This document shows positions 29,803 through 32,000 of a stretch of DNA of 32,000 nucleotides, piece by piece; the first letter of the stretch is position 1, and each line of letters opens with the position of its first letter. The stretch covers positions 64,375 to 96,374 of the forward strand of contig MTSL01000117.1 in assembly GCA_002794465.1 (NCBI GenBank), in the 5' to 3' direction. The position numbers were made by a program, and so were the translations under genes. Below the pieces are notes generated by a model. That model had not been told where the DNA came from and made no database searches. It saw only the letters and a program-made list of their open reading frames with translations. Origin of the DNA: Paramicrosporidium saccamoebae KSL3 (Eukaryota; Fungi; Cryptomycota).

Positions 29803-30079
29803 TCACAACAACCTCAGTCGTTTGGATTGTGGAACAACTGGCTCGTCAATGCTTCCCGCGGTTGAGGGGAGGTGAAATGAAGAACTGCGGAGGGGCGTGC
29901 GGTAGAGCTGGATTGTCGTGGCGCTGGTACTAGGTGGGGTACACGGAGTAGCAGGCATTTCGGACGACCAGTGGGACCCAGTGACCGCCGGTGCAGAGAT
30001 TCTATACATCAATGGGAGTGAATCCGTACATTGCGTGGCGGATGCAGCTCATGTCCTCCAGAACATAGTCGGGCAACAT
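29803..30079 (-). CDS. Putative 82-aa disordered microprotein (two exons)
   Basis: ATG 30079, candidate 28-nt intron 30029-30002 (GTAC..TAG) that joins in frame to the tracked 29803-30012 ORF; no homology recognised. Confidence 0.4.
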
Positions 30080-30088
30080 TGCATGAAT

Positions 30089-31357
30089 TCATGCCAAGTG
30101 CGTTTTTCGTTTAATATCATGTCTGTCGGCGATTTGTCCATTCTTAAGCCTCATTGTAATCTGTATGGCTTCTTCGTCTATGTCAAGGAGAGTAAAGTGG
30201 TGTTCAATGATAGTCTTTTGATACACACCCAGCGACTCGACTCGTTCCTGATCAAGCGCTCCCCCACCGCCTCCAGTAATCAGATAGTGGACGCCATTTC
30301 GTTGGCCACGCTGATAATTGTGCTGATGTCCAGATACGACTAGATCTACATGATATTCTTCGAATAGTGGCACCATCGACTCGCGCATATAGACGGGCCA
30401 TTGATCTTCTCCCTTCTTCCAGGTCTTGGAGTTCCAAAACTCGATGAACGGAGGTATGTGCGTGGAAACTATTCGAAAGTCAGCCTGTAGGGATTCCTCG
30501 CTTTGCAGCTCCCTCTCCAGCCATTTTACCTGATCACCATCCTCAGTGTTGGCATCCAGCACTATGAAGCGTGTCTTACCAATGGTTATAGCATAAAAAT
30601 ACCCAATCGGCCGACCAGGAAGCTGAGCTAAAGACGGAAAGTATGGTGCGAGTTTATCATCGGACATGTCGTGGTTTCCCTGTGTCAGAATAAAAGGAAC
30701 CTGGCTCAAAAGCCCGGAATGTCGAAGTGGGTCGAAAAAGTAAGCCTGCCAGTCGTGATCCTCGTATGAAGTCTGCACCATATCGCCCACGTGGAGGAAG
30801 AGGTTTGGATTTGTCGCCGCAATTTTGGGGAGCATACTTCCAAATGTCCTGTATCCACTCTGGTTATCCCCCAGAACTACTACACGGAGCTTTCCTGCAT
30901 CGGATGGAGGGATAGCTATGCTGTAACGGCGAGATGATTTTGAGGAAGCAGATTGAATTTCATAACTGCTCTTTCCTGGCGGCAGCCCGGCCAAGAATGC
31001 CCTGTACACAGAGGCTTTCGTGCCCTTACTATAGGAAAGCTTTATCCCGGGCACTTGCATCTCTTGTGCGCCGTTCCATTTGAGCTGCGCGTCACCGTCC
31101 GCCCGACAAGCCTCCCAGACAATGACTGCTCGATTATCACCGATCAATTGCACCATCGGGCCCTTGCGGAATGCGCACTCTGTGAAAAACGAAATCCCAA
31201 ACAAGTGATACGTGAGGCCTGCGCCGAAATTGGGCAACCATAGAATACCAAGTAGCAGAGCAGCCAGAATAAATAATGTAATCACCATGAGAAGCGAGTA
31301 GATTTGATCAAAGGTTGACGGAGAGCGTGGGTACCTCTTCCGTCCCGATTTGAGCAT
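30089..31357 (-). CDS. Membrane-anchored calcineurin-like metallophosphoesterase with purple-acid-phosphatase-type N-terminal Fn3-like domain, ~422 aa
   Basis: N-terminal TM; GPMVQL...AVIVWE; metal motifs LGDNQ, HVGDMV, GNHD, THIPP, SGHQHNYQRG. ATG at 31357; the track start at 31378 is TTG. Confidence 0.88.
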   Translation of the reverse strand: MLKSGRKRYPRSPSTFDQIYSLLMVITLFILAALLLGILWLPNFGAGLTYHLFGISFFTECAFRKGPMVQLIGDNRAVIVWEACRADGDAQLKWNGAQEMQVPGIKLSYSKGTKASVYRAFLAGLPPGKSSYEIQSASSKSSRRYSIAIPPSDAGKLRVVVLGDNQSGYRTFGSMLPKIAATNPNLFLHVGDMVQTSYEDHDWQAYFFDPLRHSGLLSQVPFILTQGNHDMSDDKLAPYFPSLAQLPGRPIGYFYAITIGKTRFIVLDANTEDGDQVKWLERELQSEESLQADFRIVSTHIPPFIEFWNSKTWKKGEDQWPVYMRESMVPLFEEYHVDLVVSGHQHNYQRGQRNGVHYLITGGGGGALDQERVESLGVYQKTIIEHHFTLLDIDEEAIQITMRLKNGQIADRHDIKRKTHLA

Positions 31358-31527
31358 GACCGTTGAACGCTGTGACAAAGCTTATGGGATTGGAGGGCTC
31401 TCCTGTCAAAGTTTGAGACTATTTTGGGTAGCCAATGAGAGGCCATTGTTTACTAATGGCCAAACTTGGCTTTATGCGATAATAAGCCAATAATTTGGCT
31501 CACAGGGGGTGGTTCGTTTATAAGTAT

Positions 31528-32000
31528 CTAGGGGTCGGCAGCACGATATCTGCGAACAACGTTCTTTGGGATGGTGAGTTGGTCAAATTCTCTGCGATCC
31601 ACCCCGTACGCCTTTATGGTAATTTCCGTCTTGGTAATATCCAAATGCAAGTAATGGTGCACAAAGCTCGTCTTTTTAAAAACATGATGATCCTCTACCC
31701 GATTCGTATCTAGCATTCCTCCACCACCTCCACAGATGACATAATGTACGCCGTTGCGAAACCCGCGCTGGTAATTGTGTTGATGGCCCGAAAGGACCAG
31801 ATCGACGTGATATTTCTCGAATAAAGGGACCATCTTGGAGCGAATCATTGCAGCCCATTTGTTCTCCCCACCTCGCCAGGATTCGGCATCCCAATACTCG
31901 ACGAACGGCGGGGAATGTATTGTTATAATGCGAAAGACTGAACGCTGGGTGGGGATGGCAGCGAGCTCGGCCTCTAGCCATTGGATCTGCTCATCGCCTT
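31528..32000 (-). CDS. Tandem paralog metallophosphoesterase, 3' part only (truncated by the window edge)
   Basis: Open frame from the window end: GDEQIQWLEAEL..FRIITIHSPPFVEYW..MVPLFEKYHVDLVLSGHQHNYQRG..GGGGG, collinear with the 30089-31357 gene. Confidence 0.88.
   Translation of the reverse strand, partial: GDEQIQWLEAELAAIPTQRSVFRIITIHSPPFVEYWDAESWRGGENKWAAMIRSKMVPLFEKYHVDLVLSGHQHNYQRGFRNGVHYVICGGGGGMLDTNRVEDHHVFKKTSFVHHYLHLDITKTEITIKAYGVDRREFDQLTIPKNVVRRYRAADP

Noticed and set aside
30077-30091. Stop-codon readthrough or selenocysteine fusing the phosphoesterase to the in-frame downstream microprotein ATG
   Set aside because: The paralog ends at a similar position, the TGA-A context is not the leaky TGA-C type, no SECIS was evident, and being in frame has a 1-in-3 chance
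1-32000. tRNA, rRNA, snRNA genes and transposons
   Set aside because: No cloverleaf with A/B boxes, rRNA or snRNA signature, terminal repeats, or transposase/RT motifs seen by eye; Infernal or tRNAscan-SE would be needed to exclude small RNAs

Overview
Gene-dense eukaryotic DNA, fungus-like, with about 22 protein-coding genes. I found no rRNA, tRNA, transposon or CRISPR. Recognisable genes in order: SPT5, DHH1/DDX6, an AVT/SLC38-type amino-acid transporter, an orphan 783-aa secreted protein, a COG1/Vps51-family protein, a 211-aa secreted protein with a possible dead kinase fold, CUE3/ASCC2, alpha-mannosidase AMS1, BCKDH E2 (DBT), GTR1/RagA, Lunapark, a KIF22-like kinesin, MED31, a VanZ-like protein, a divergent cyclin, DFG10/SRD5A3, RIC1, LTO1/ORAOV1, PPM1/LCMT1, a possible 82-aa microprotein and two tandem metallophosphoesterases (the second cut by the window edge). 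Repairing the broken ORFs by hand gives 21 spliceosomal introns of only 27-36 nt (mean about 31). All 21 end in TAG, 19 start GTA, and all four whose length is a multiple of 3 contain an in-frame stop. Many intergenic gaps are 3-70 bp, and one pair of divergent start codons is 24 bp apart. Several of the larger gaps contain short tandem repeats. Tiny introns, strong compaction and a retained mitochondrial enzyme would fit a Rozellomycota/early microsporidian-relative parasite (e.g. Paramicrosporidium-like). That taxonomic call is inference, not a database result. All gene models and family calls come from reading the sequence and recalled motifs; no searches were run.
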